A DNA stretch of 64,000 bases, taken from assembly GCA_016178595.1 (NCBI GenBank), contig JACOSY010000029.1:17002-81001 (forward strand), given 5' to 3'. A program made the position numbers and the translations under genes. Below the pieces are notes generated by a model. That model made no database searches and was not told the origin of the DNA. It saw nothing but the letters and a program-made list of their open reading frames with translations. Below, piece after piece: positions 40,899 through 49,703 of the stretch (position 1 is the first letter of the stretch; every line of letters starts with the position of its first letter). The DNA is from Ignavibacteria bacterium. Lineage in GTDB: Bacteria; Bacteroidota; Ignavibacteria; UBA10030; SZUA-254.

Positions 40899-40979
40899 CC
40901 TTCTAATCCCTGAATCAAATATCACTTGGGATCATTCGCGGGATTGGAATTTCAATCATCCGTTTTATCGCAAGTGAAT

Positions 40980-43613
40980 TCATTCTTCATCCGCCGTCAA
41001 TGTCACATTCCGAATGCTCGGCATCAGTAAGATACTATTCAAAAAGACTTTATTCAATCCCTCCAAGAAGAGACGGAAGTTCGGATCGTCGGCGAAGAGA
41101 ATGATGTTGCCGGATCCCAATTGCTCATGGACGAGGAACGGCGTGTCTTCGATCATCTTCTCGTTCTCTTTCGACATGTAACCGCTCAATCGCGGCGACT
41201 TCGTGTACATGCCGACGTTGTAGCCGTGGTCCGTCAGCTCGAACATCGTCTGCGTTGTTTTCAGCACCGCAAGGTCGCCATCGTATCCGAAGCCGAGAGG
41301 ATGTGAGTTGTCAAGCTTCACGCGAAGCATTGTACCGGGGATGGATTCGAGTCGCGCCTTCCGCTCGCGCTCCTCCACCGTCATGCGTTTCTCGAGCTCT
41401 TCATCAGAAAGTTTACCTTTGGTTGTATCCTTCTTCGTATCTTTGTCGTCTTTTTTCTTTTCCTTGAGTTTGACGCTGGCGAGTTTCCCGACCGAGGCAG
41501 ATGCAAAAGCTGCGCCTCCTTCGATTCCGACAAATGTTCCTCCACCGGCAACCCATGCTTTGAGTTTCTGGACGGCATTGGAGTCGAGCTGGCTCTTGTA
41601 CCCCTGGCCGTTCGCATTGTCATCGGGGAAGACGATCGCCGTATAATCGTGAAGGTCGGCATTGCGGAGCTGCGCGAGCTTCATCGGGATGAATTCAATA
41701 TCGTAGCTGCGATCGAACATCGACCAGATCGAACCGAACGCTTCCGTACTCACGGGAGAGCCTGTTGCCACAATAATGCGCGGTCGCTTCAGCCGGACAG
41801 CGCGGTCCGAGCCGAGGTTGATCCCGCTATCCGTCATCCCACTCTGAGCTGAGTACGCGGTGAGGTTGAATTTCTGCACGAGATTTTGCATGATGGAATG
41901 AATATCCGGTCCGTTTGTGCCAACGGGTACGATAATGGTACCGCGCGGGAATTTCTCGCTGCCGATCATGAATTCCTTCATTGCGACGGTTACCCGAGAA
42001 TTGTTTTGAAGAAGCCACGCGAGCGCTCGCACGGCATCGTTCGTTTCCCACCGAAAAAGGTAGGCGTAGCCGGCTTTTCCTCCAACGATGGAACCTGCGG
42101 GGAGCTGGACGTCGTTCACTCTCTCGGTCGGCGTTGAAATCGATTTTCCCGTCCAGTATGTCTCGACATCGTAGGCGATGGGGAGCGTCCACGTTGAGAT
42201 GTCGTAGAAGAACGTATCGCTGAGTGCCGGCTCTTGTTCCATCAACGCCATGATAAGTCGCTTTGCCGGCTGCTCGAGTGGAATGATGTAGCTTCCTGCC
42301 GAAAAAGTCTTCGTGGTTGTTCCTTTCACAAAGTACGTGCTGACAGCATCGAGTGTAAAACGTGTTGGTGAACGATCGACTTCGACTCCTTCCTGGCGGA
42401 GTACAGAAATCATCTTCGCAGCTCGTGCAGGATCTTGTTGTGGGTCGACGACGAATGCTTTCGCGGATCCATTCTTTCCTTCCTGAAGCGCCTCTTTGAA
42501 GAAATTGTAGAAGTCTCTCAATCGCTTCTCACGATGCTCGGCCGTCGCTTTCAGAGTCGCAAGCGATGTTGTTGAGTGATGCTCAAGTCGATCGCGAAGC
42601 GTCAGGATCGTTTCATCCGATCGCCGGACACGGACGCCTACTTGTCCGGCTTGCTCGTACGTCATGCCGATGGCGCCGTTCAGTGACGGCCACGAGTCCC
42701 CGTAGCCGGGATAGAAGAGATCGAACGACTCGCCGCTCCAATAACTCCATCCCTGCTTGTCGAACGCCGCGGCATTTGCCTTGCCGTAGATGGTTCCCCA
42801 TTCCGTCGTGGACTTAGGAAAATTCTTGTTGATCGGCTTGAAGGCCGGGAAGAAAAAATACGAGCTGTTATATCCCATCTCGTGGAAGTCGACGTGTACT
42901 TGGGGTTTCCATTCCCGGTATGCTTTCACGCGCGCCCGACTTTCCTTTTGTGTAAGCCATGCCCAGTCACGATTGAGATCAAAGAAGTAATGATTGGTTC
43001 TGCCGGATGGCCAATCCTCATTGTGCTCAACGGCATCTTTGTCTTCAATCGGGTGAGCACCTGCTCGTGCGACTTCGTAATTCACGTAGCGTTCGTGTCC
43101 ATCGGGATTGAGGAGCGGGTCGATGATGACAACACTATTGTGAAGGATGGACGTCGCTTCGGTATCAGTCCGGCTTGCAAGTTGATAGATGACATTGAGC
43201 GCTGCTTCAGGGCAGGAAGCTTCGTTGCCATGGACACCATAGGAGAGCCATGCAACCGGTGGAGTTGACTTGATGAGGCGCTCGGCCTCTGCGTCGGTGA
43301 GTGTTCGAGGGTCGGAAAGCTTCCGAATGCCGGATCGTATTTCGTCAAGGCGATTGATGTTCTCCGGCGAGCTGATGATAACGAGATAAAGTGCCCTTCC
43401 TTCGTATGTCTCACCGTAAGCGATCAGTTGCACGCGATCGGGTACAGCGTCGCGAACAGCCGTGATGTAGCGTTCGATGCCTGCATGCGAGGTAAACCTG
43501 TCGCCAAGCTCATAGCCGAGTATCTGTTTTGGTGATGGAACGGACGTGTTGAATGCCGGCTGTGCATGGAGTTGCGTGAGAAATGCAAGAAGGATCAATA
43601 CGCGATATGTCAT
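40980..43613 (-). CDS. M14-family zinc carboxypeptidase with C-terminal extension
   Basis: GVHGNEAS (HxxE), NPDG, GRTNHYFFDLNRDW, DFHEMG, YPGYG, MTYEQA; signal peptide. Confidence 0.92.
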   Translation of the reverse strand: MTYRVLILLAFLTQLHAQPAFNTSVPSPKQILGYELGDRFTSHAGIERYITAVRDAVPDRVQLIAYGETYEGRALYLVIISSPENINRLDEIRSGIRKLSDPRTLTDAEAERLIKSTPPVAWLSYGVHGNEASCPEAALNVIYQLASRTDTEATSILHNSVVIIDPLLNPDGHERYVNYEVARAGAHPIEDKDAVEHNEDWPSGRTNHYFFDLNRDWAWLTQKESRARVKAYREWKPQVHVDFHEMGYNSSYFFFPAFKPINKNFPKSTTEWGTIYGKANAAAFDKQGWSYWSGESFDLFYPGYGDSWPSLNGAIGMTYEQAGQVGVRVRRSDETILTLRDRLEHHSTTSLATLKATAEHREKRLRDFYNFFKEALQEGKNGSAKAFVVDPQQDPARAAKMISVLRQEGVEVDRSPTRFTLDAVSTYFVKGTTTKTFSAGSYIIPLEQPAKRLIMALMEQEPALSDTFFYDISTWTLPIAYDVETYWTGKSISTPTERVNDVQLPAGSIVGGKAGYAYLFRWETNDAVRALAWLLQNNSRVTVAMKEFMIGSEKFPRGTIIVPVGTNGPDIHSIMQNLVQKFNLTAYSAQSGMTDSGINLGSDRAVRLKRPRIIVATGSPVSTEAFGSIWSMFDRSYDIEFIPMKLAQLRNADLHDYTAIVFPDDNANGQGYKSQLDSNAVQKLKAWVAGGGTFVGIEGGAAFASASVGKLASVKLKEKKKDDKDTKKDTTKGKLSDEELEKRMTVEERERKARLESIPGTMLRVKLDNSHPLGFGYDGDLAVLKTTQTMFELTDHGYNVGMYTKSPRLSGYMSKENEKMIEDTPFLVHEQLGSGNIILFADDPNFRLFLEGLNKVFLNSILLMPSIRNVTLTADEE

Positions 43614-43631
43614 CAGTTTTCCTTGTGTGTA

Positions 43632-44114
43632 TTAAAGTTTATATCCGATTTTTCGGAGGAACGCTTTCCTGTCCGTGATATCCTGCTCGGTCTCAACGCC
43701 TTTTGTCTTCACACCATCGATCACGCCGAGGATTCCTCGCCCCCGTTCGGTTTCAGCGACAATGACTTCGACAGGATTTGCCGTGGCGCAGTAGATACTG
43801 CACACTTCCGGGATTTGCTTTATACTATTGAGGATGCTCATCGGAAATCCAGCCTGCATGAAGATAATGAAGCAGTGGCCGCACGAGAGATTCAGAGCAT
43901 TGTTTACCGCGAGATCGAGCATTGACTGATCGTTGCCTGAGTGGCGCACGAGTGCCGGTCCGGACGATTCGCAAAATGCGATACCAAATTTCATGTTGGG
44001 ATTCGTCAACACAATGACTTCGTGCAAATCCTCGACAGTTTTAATGAAATGCGACTGGCCCAGGATGAAATTGATGTCGGCTGGCTTTTCAATTGGAACA
44101 GTCTTCAAATCCAT
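43632..44114 (-). CDS. DUF355 / adenosine-specific kinase family protein
   Basis: NFILGQSHFIKTVEDL, GIAFCESSG, CGHCFIIF, PEVCSIYCATANPVEV, GRGILGVIDG. Confidence 0.88.
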   Translation of the reverse strand: MDLKTVPIEKPADINFILGQSHFIKTVEDLHEVIVLTNPNMKFGIAFCESSGPALVRHSGNDQSMLDLAVNNALNLSCGHCFIIFMQAGFPMSILNSIKQIPEVCSIYCATANPVEVIVAETERGRGILGVIDGVKTKGVETEQDITDRKAFLRKIGYKL

Positions 44115-44320
44115 GATTCATTCCTCGTTGTGAGTGCTGTATATTCCCTGAGAAGAGACAACGGCAGTGTTGGGCAGAGAATTGTAGGCTCAAGGTACGA
44201 ATTTTTTCTATGGGAAATCAAGCAACCATGTCAGACCGTCAATCCCGCAGGACAGATCCGCTGCTATCGAAAATCGGCGAATTCGAATGGGGCTAAGCAA
44301 AAAATAATTGATGGAAGGTA

Positions 44321-44349
44321 TTGCCAACTGTCAAGAAATTTTGTATCTT
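44321..44349 (+). promoter_or_regulatory. Sigma70-like promoter upstream of the csp leader, overlapping a divergent TTGACA element
   Basis: TTGCCA-17-TATCTT on plus; TTGACA (44329-34, minus) faces the DUF355 gene. Confidence 0.5.
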
Positions 44350-44355
44350 GCGTGT

Positions 44356-44700
44356 GCCAAATAACAGTACACCGTGTTTGACTCCAAGGGAATACGGAGT
44401 GTGTATTCCTGACGGGTGGCGTAGCCACGCTTTTACGTTGTAGCTGCAGATGTAATCCCCCGTGTTGTTCAACTCCATTGAACGTCCCACGAGGTGTGTC
44501 ATCGCAAGCATCGGCGCTGCCGTGAGGTGATTAGGTGAACGATCTGTGTGCGGTAGGTATACACCAACGGTAGTGTGCATGCGTAAAAAGCCAAAAATAT
44601 CTGGTTAAGCTGTCTGGCAGGGACATCAGGACGTTCCTCGCACAGGCGGTGCGGAGCCTCGGGTACTTTCTATCCACCATTTTTTGAAAGGATTATTTCT
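44356..44700 (+). ncRNA. Candidate long structured 5' leader or ncRNA upstream of the cold-shock gene
   Basis: At least eight successive stem-loops found by eye, e.g. GGAATAC/GTATTCC, GTTCAA/TTGAAC, CGCAC/GTGCG, CTTTC/GAAAG; no credible ORF. Confidence 0.45.
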
Positions 44701-44901
44701 ATGGAACAGGGTACGGTGAAATGGTTCAATGCAGCCAAAGGGTATGGCTTCATTTCACGTCAAACGGGAGAAGATGTGTTCGTCCATTTCAAGGCGATTG
44801 TCGGTGATGGCTACAAGACCTTGAATGAAGGCGATAAAGTCCAGTTCGACGTTGAAAAAGGACCCAAGGGGTTACAAGCAGCAAACGTCCAGAAAATTTA
44901 A
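44701..44901 (+). CDS. cspA: Cold-shock protein
   Basis: [15 protein letters not shown] (RNP1), DVFVHF (RNP2), [10 protein letters not shown]. Confidence 0.96.
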   Translation: MEQGTVKWFNAAKGYGFISRQTGEDVFVHFKAIVGDGYKTLNEGDKVQFDVEKGPKGLQAANVQKI

Positions 44902-44924
44902 GAGTTCGTAACTCCGATAGTTTA

Positions 44925-44958
44925 CCCCAGTCGGACATTTCTCCGACTGGGGTTTTTT
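44925..44958 (+). terminator. Strong intrinsic terminator between the two csp genes
   Basis: CCCCAGTCGGA-CATTTC-TCCGACTGGGG followed by a T-run. Confidence 0.9.
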
Positions 44959-44994
44959 ACTCTGATGAATATTCCATTACAGGAGAAGGGGCAT

Positions 44995-45198
44995 ATGACA
45001 CAAGGTACCGTGAAATTTTATAATCCGGTGAAAGGATTCGGTTTCATTACGACAGAGCAAGGCGAGGAAATATTCTTTCACAAGAGCAATGTGAAGAATA
45101 CTGGATTCCGTGACGTGCTCGTTCAGGGAGACGCCGTCCAGTTCGAACTGAAGCAGGAACAGAAAGGAAAACGCGCTTACAACATCGTGCGTGTGTGA
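44995..45198 (+). CDS. Second cold-shock domain protein
   Basis: MTQGTVKFYNPVKGFGFI...EIFFH...GKRAYNI; AGAAGGGG RBS-like sequence upstream. Confidence 0.92.
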   Translation: MTQGTVKFYNPVKGFGFITTEQGEEIFFHKSNVKNTGFRDVLVQGDAVQFELKQEQKGKRAYNIVRV

Positions 45199-45253
45199 GA
45201 AACCAAACTCCCGAAAGTTCCAATCTTTTGGGAAGTTTCTTCGAAGAAACGAC

Positions 45254-45288
45254 GCAGCCTCGTCGACCTCGGCGAGGCTGTTGTGTTT
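45254..45288. terminator. Hairpin between convergent csp2 and priA (probably bidirectional terminator)
   Basis: GCAGCCTCG...CGAGGCTGT stem followed by TGTGTTTG; adjacent perfect palindrome GTTTCTTCGAAGAAAC at 45235-45250. Confidence 0.6.
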
Positions 45289-45334
45289 GTTGAGTGAAAT
45301 ACTATTCCGCTCGGAAGCGAATTATCAATTTGCT

Positions 45335-47929
45335 CTACATCATCCCCACAGGATCGACGTCCACAACCATCTTCACCGAGCGACTCTTGCCGAGTGCCGA
45401 CGTCTTGTACGCGTGAACGGCAGAGTGTATTCCACGATGCACGATATATCCCCCCGGATCTTTATCCTTTAAGCTCTTCACGATGATGTGCCAGCGGAAG
45501 AGACCCTTGAGTCGCGTGAGAGCCGCACCCGCTGGCCCGAGCACGTGGAAGGCAGCATTCTGTTTTTGCAGAAACTCCGCGAACTTGGATGCATGAGCCA
45601 TGACTTCTTGCTCTTGCTTACCCTTGAACTCTATTAAGAGGAGGCGCGAGAAGGGTGGATACTCAAGTTCTCTCCGGAATTCAACTTCTTCGGAGTAGAA
45701 TCCCGGATAGTCGTGCAGAACAACATGCTGTAGGCTCGGGTGTTTCGGCTGATAGGTTTGGATAATGACTTCGCCGGCGAGGGAGCTTCTGCCTGCTCGG
45801 CCTGCGACTTGTGTGAGAAGTTGGAACGTCCGTTCAGCAGATCGAAAATCCGGCAGCAGCATCTGCGTATCAGCCGAGATCACGCCGACGAGTGTGACGC
45901 GCGAAAAATCCAATCCCTTGGCAACCATCTGCGTTCCGAGGAGAATATCGACCTCGCCATCGGAAAACTTTCGAAGGATTGCATCATGTGCGCCGCGCCG
46001 CGAGGTTGTATCAAGATCCATCCGAATCATCGAAGCACTGGGGAAGATTTTTTTCAACTCTTCTTCCACCCGCTGCGTTCCGAAACCGCGGTACCGCATC
46101 TCGTGTGATTGGCACTTCGGGCAGACGGCAATGAGCTGCTTCACGAGTCCGCAGTAGTGACACCGGAGATGCTTCTTCGTGAGGTGGTAGGTAAGCGAGA
46201 TGTTACAGTTGTCGCACGTCTCGACATAACCACAATCCGGACATTCGATGAACGGAGAAAACCCCCGGCGATTCTGGAGAAGAATGATTCCTTCCTTCTT
46301 TGTTAACCGGTCTTCGATCTTCTTCTTCAGAAGATCGGAAAGCGAGCTCCACTCGATCGTTCGCTTTTCACGCTGCGGATTGACCGGCACGTTATCCGTT
46401 TTCACACTGCGCGACTTCAAGAAGTCTTCCAGCATCCGCCTCCGCTCCCGTGTCATATCCACAATCGTAATCTGCGGGAGTTGTGCATTGTCCACGCGCT
46501 CGGACATTTCAAGCAGCGTGTACTTTCCATTCATCGCATTCGCAAATGATTCAAGTGAGGGCGTTGCGGAACCCAGGACCACGACAGCATGTGTGTACGA
46601 GGCTCGTATGATAGCAACGTCGCGTGCGTGGTAGCGCGGAGTCTGGTCAAATTGCTTGTACGATGATTCCTGTTCTTCATCAACGACGATCAATCCGAGA
46701 TTTTTTAGCGGCGCGAAGATTGCAGAACGAGGACCGATAACGATCGAACACCTTCCCTCCCACACCGTACGCCATGTATCATACCGTTCCCCAATCGACA
46801 TCCGACTATGAATGACTGCCACTTGATTGCCGAAGTGGAGCTTGAAGCGCCGTACAATCTGAGGCGTGAGGGATATCTCCGGTACGAGCACAATCGCCGT
46901 CTTCTGCTGCCTGCGTGCTTCGCGGATCGCTTCAATATAGACCTGCGTTTTACCGCTGCCGGTCACGCCATGCAGCAAGAAGGTATGGAATGCTCTGTTG
47001 CTGATTGCCGCGCCGATCTCACTGAGTGCGGCTTGTTGGTGGGCATTGAGCGTTACATTCTGCGCACCGAGCGCCGACTCGTAGAGATCAAATTCCGTGG
47101 TGCGGAGAATTTCTCGCTTCGATAGTGTAATGAGCTTCTTCTCTGCGAGTGTTTTTACAGCGGAAAGTGATTCCCCCGAACGTTTCAAGATTTCGGTAAT
47201 GCCGATATATGATTCCCCGGTCTCAAGTAACTGGTTGAGGATTGCTGCTTGCCGAACAAGTCGCTTTGATAATGCTTGAGGTTGTGACAGCCACGCACGC
47301 CAGCATGTCTTGGCGCGATCGTCGATCTCGATAACCTGTTCGAGTTTTGGCTTCAGCTTCGACCGGGGCATCTCCTCATGAATCTCAACCATTTTTCGAC
47401 TCACAAGCTCGTTGAGTGTCGCGTAGATACTCTTTGTACGAATGATTTTCTGGAGCTGTTGAATGCTGATAGGGCTGCGTTCACTAAGTTCTCGAAGGAC
47501 CGTGGCCTGCTTCGGTGCGTGAGCTAATTCGTGGAGTGCAGACATAAGGTCCTTGACGGTTAATTTGATAGTACGTTTACCGGGGCGCGCGGCACCCTGC
47601 ACGAGAACGGTCTTCAGCACTTCCCCCCACGGTGCGAAGTAGTACTCCGATATCCATTTGGTGAGATTGAGGAGTTCATCGGAGATGACCGGCTCTACGT
47701 CGAGTACGTCCTGGATCGGTTTGATGTGTGGAACGTTGCGTCCGTGTTCAGCGCATTCTTGCGATGTAGCTGAAGTGTCGACGACGAATCCGATGACCGT
47801 GCGCTTGCCGAAGGATGTTACCACGCGGACGCCACGCTTAATGGCGTGTTCCAATTCGTGTGGAACGATGTAGGTGAATAGTTTATCGACTGCACCGGGA
47901 ATGGCAAGGTCGACGTACAAATCTGACAT
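45335..47929 (-). CDS. priA: Primosomal protein N' (replication restart helicase)
   Basis: LHGVTGSGKTQVY, LVPEISLTPQ, VDEEQESSYKQ, LGSATPSLES, QNRRGFS, four CxxC pairs, GTQMVAKGLDF, QVAGRAGR. Confidence 0.98.
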   Translation of the reverse strand: MSDLYVDLAIPGAVDKLFTYIVPHELEHAIKRGVRVVTSFGKRTVIGFVVDTSATSQECAEHGRNVPHIKPIQDVLDVEPVISDELLNLTKWISEYYFAPWGEVLKTVLVQGAARPGKRTIKLTVKDLMSALHELAHAPKQATVLRELSERSPISIQQLQKIIRTKSIYATLNELVSRKMVEIHEEMPRSKLKPKLEQVIEIDDRAKTCWRAWLSQPQALSKRLVRQAAILNQLLETGESYIGITEILKRSGESLSAVKTLAEKKLITLSKREILRTTEFDLYESALGAQNVTLNAHQQAALSEIGAAISNRAFHTFLLHGVTGSGKTQVYIEAIREARRQQKTAIVLVPEISLTPQIVRRFKLHFGNQVAVIHSRMSIGERYDTWRTVWEGRCSIVIGPRSAIFAPLKNLGLIVVDEEQESSYKQFDQTPRYHARDVAIIRASYTHAVVVLGSATPSLESFANAMNGKYTLLEMSERVDNAQLPQITIVDMTRERRRMLEDFLKSRSVKTDNVPVNPQREKRTIEWSSLSDLLKKKIEDRLTKKEGIILLQNRRGFSPFIECPDCGYVETCDNCNISLTYHLTKKHLRCHYCGLVKQLIAVCPKCQSHEMRYRGFGTQRVEEELKKIFPSASMIRMDLDTTSRRGAHDAILRKFSDGEVDILLGTQMVAKGLDFSRVTLVGVISADTQMLLPDFRSAERTFQLLTQVAGRAGRSSLAGEVIIQTYQPKHPSLQHVVLHDYPGFYSEEVEFRRELEYPPFSRLLLIEFKGKQEQEVMAHASKFAEFLQKQNAAFHVLGPAGAALTRLKGLFRWHIIVKSLKDKDPGGYIVHRGIHSAVHAYKTSALGKSRSVKMVVDVDPVGMM

Positions 47930-48171
47930 ACGATGGAAAATTGTAAAGGATATTCAATCTCTCATGAAAAATGTCGCGAAAAAAGTATGGAGAATCAAGT
48001 ACAACCAGTTCATGCTTGGCGATTCCATCGTTCGTGTTACGCTCCAACCTTGCTTCTTATGATTCCTTTTTGTATTCTTGTGTGGTTTTTCTGAGAAGGA
48101 AACAATCAATCGATGATGGCAGTTCGCGTCGCGAAAACGTTACAAGAGCGTATGCACTCTACAGAGAAGCG

Positions 48172-48606
48172 ATGGCATACTGGCTGTTGAAGACCGAACC
48201 GAGCACCTATTCCTTCGATAATCTTGTGGCGGATGGCACTACGCGTTGGGATGGCGTCAGGAATCCTCTCGCTCTCAAACACATCCGGTCTATGGCGAAG
48301 GGTGATCGTGCAATGATCTATCATTCCGGCAATGAAAAAGCCGTGGTGGGCATGGCTGAAGTCACACGAGCGCCATATCCGGATCCGAAGATAGGCAATC
48401 CCATGATGGTCGTCATCGATATTCGGGTGAAGGCTCGGCTTACAAACAATGTTTCACTTGCAGCCATTAAGAAGCGGAAGGAGTTTGCATCATTCGAGCT
48501 CGTTCGAATATCAAGACTCTCCGTCATGCCTGTCATGCCTAAAATGTGGAAGCTCTTGATGAGTATGGCAAGCGGAGAGAAGAGATTGCAGGCCGCGCGT
48601 TCATGA
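48172..48606 (+). CDS. EVE-domain protein
   Basis: MAYWLLKTEPSTYS...WDGVRN...YHSG...SRLSVMPV. Confidence 0.93.
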   Translation: MAYWLLKTEPSTYSFDNLVADGTTRWDGVRNPLALKHIRSMAKGDRAMIYHSGNEKAVVGMAEVTRAPYPDPKIGNPMMVVIDIRVKARLTNNVSLAAIKKRKEFASFELVRISRLSVMPVMPKMWKLLMSMASGEKRLQAARS

Positions 48607-48679
48607 ATCTTAACAACACAAAAGGGTACCGCAAAGATGCGGCGGTCAATGCATTCTTAGCGCAAACAATGAAGAAGTG

Positions 48680-49012
48680 ATGAGACCGAAGAAGATCAAG
48701 AAAATAAACGATTTCGAGCTCACAATTCTTTGGGATGATGAACATCAGAGCAGGTACGCGCTCGAGCATCTGCGTAATGCGTGTCCGTGTGCAGGATGCC
48801 AAGGCGAAACGATCCTCCTTCGGGAGTACAGTCCGCCTTCACCGGACATGAGTGCGGCGGGCAGGTATGAATTGACCGGAATTCAACAAGTCGGCTCCTA
48901 CGCAATCCAGCTTACGTGGGCCGACGGACATTCAACCGGGATTTACACGTGGGAACAGCTGAAAGATTTGTGTGAATGCGAGGAGTGCTTGCGCAAGAAA
49001 GTTCATACGTAG
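48680..49012 (+). CDS. DUF971 / GBBH-like N-terminal domain protein
   Basis: WDDEHQSRY...LRNACPCAGC...VGSYAIQLTWADGHSTGIYTW. Confidence 0.9.
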   Translation: MRPKKIKKINDFELTILWDDEHQSRYALEHLRNACPCAGCQGETILLREYSPPSPDMSAAGRYELTGIQQVGSYAIQLTWADGHSTGIYTWEQLKDLCECEECLRKKVHT

Positions 49013-49046
49013 GATACATCATTACTCTTACATGGGTGTTGAAGAC

Positions 49047-49595
49047 ATGAAGCAATCATTGCAGAGACTCTGGCAGAAAATACGGGAGCTTGTCGAGCGC
49101 TATCCAGTTCTCGTCGCGGCTCTCGTTATTTACCTCTATTATCTGCTCGCCTCGTTCAATCTCTTTTCACATAACACTGAGAAGCATTCGTGGCTCGATT
49201 ACGTCATGGAGTATGACTCGCTCTTTTTCCTCTGGCTTGCTGCTGCGGCGCTGTTGCAAGTTCAGAGAATGCGCAAAGCGCACAAAGAGGAGGAGGAACG
49301 CCGTCACCGGGTAGAACGGGTGCTTGACCGCCAGCAGATCTACACTCATCTCGTGAACGATATTACACTCTTGTTGCAGGATAACGTCAACAACCCTTTG
49401 GCAGTCATCGCTGTGACAACGCAGGAGATTCGCAGACGGTTCGAGAGCGACACGGACATTCTGCGCTGGCTCGATCGCATCGATGGAGCAATGCAGCGCA
49501 TCCACAACACGATCCGCGACATCCAGTCATACGAGGCACAAAAACTCATGGACTCTTCGAAAGAATTGATGGAGAAAGAGAATACAAAGGTGTGA
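49047..49595 (+). CDS. Two-TM membrane protein with a degenerate HisKA (DHp) domain and no ATPase domain
   Basis: Two hydrophobic segments, a coiled coil, then LQDNVNNPLAVI (H-box with His replaced by Asp) and helix 2 WLDRIDGAMQRIHNTIRDI; the protein stops shortly after. Confidence 0.75.
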   Translation: MKQSLQRLWQKIRELVERYPVLVAALVIYLYYLLASFNLFSHNTEKHSWLDYVMEYDSLFFLWLAAAALLQVQRMRKAHKEEEERRHRVERVLDRQQIYTHLVNDITLLLQDNVNNPLAVIAVTTQEIRRRFESDTDILRWLDRIDGAMQRIHNTIRDIQSYEAQKLMDSSKELMEKENTKV

Positions 49596-49623
49596 CATTG
49601 ACGGTAATTCTCGCGAGAGAAAT

Positions 49624-49655
49624 AAAAATCCCCGACTGTTATATCGGGGATTTTT
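49624..49655. terminator. Bidirectional intrinsic terminator
   Basis: AAAAATCCCCGA-8 nt-TCGGGGATTTTT between convergent genes. Confidence 0.85.
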
Positions 49656-49703
49656 GTTGTTGAGGCCGAACATCCGTTACGATGTCGACATACTTTTACA
49701 TTA

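Noticed and set aside
44293-44580. 95-aa minus-strand ORF in the csp leader
   Set aside because: It has no recognisable motif or RBS and overlaps predicted promoters and RNA stems; probably spurious.
44629-44639. RNase P RNA (minus strand GAGGAACGTCC)
   Set aside because: It differs from GAGGAAAGUCC, and the other universally conserved blocks, including the 3' ACAxAAxxxGGCUUA, are absent.
44290-44678. tmRNA (GGGGCT at about 44289 and TCCACCA at 44672-78)
   Set aside because: The acceptor stem does not pair, there is no T-arm (GTTCRA), and no tag ORF ending in a YALAA-like sequence.
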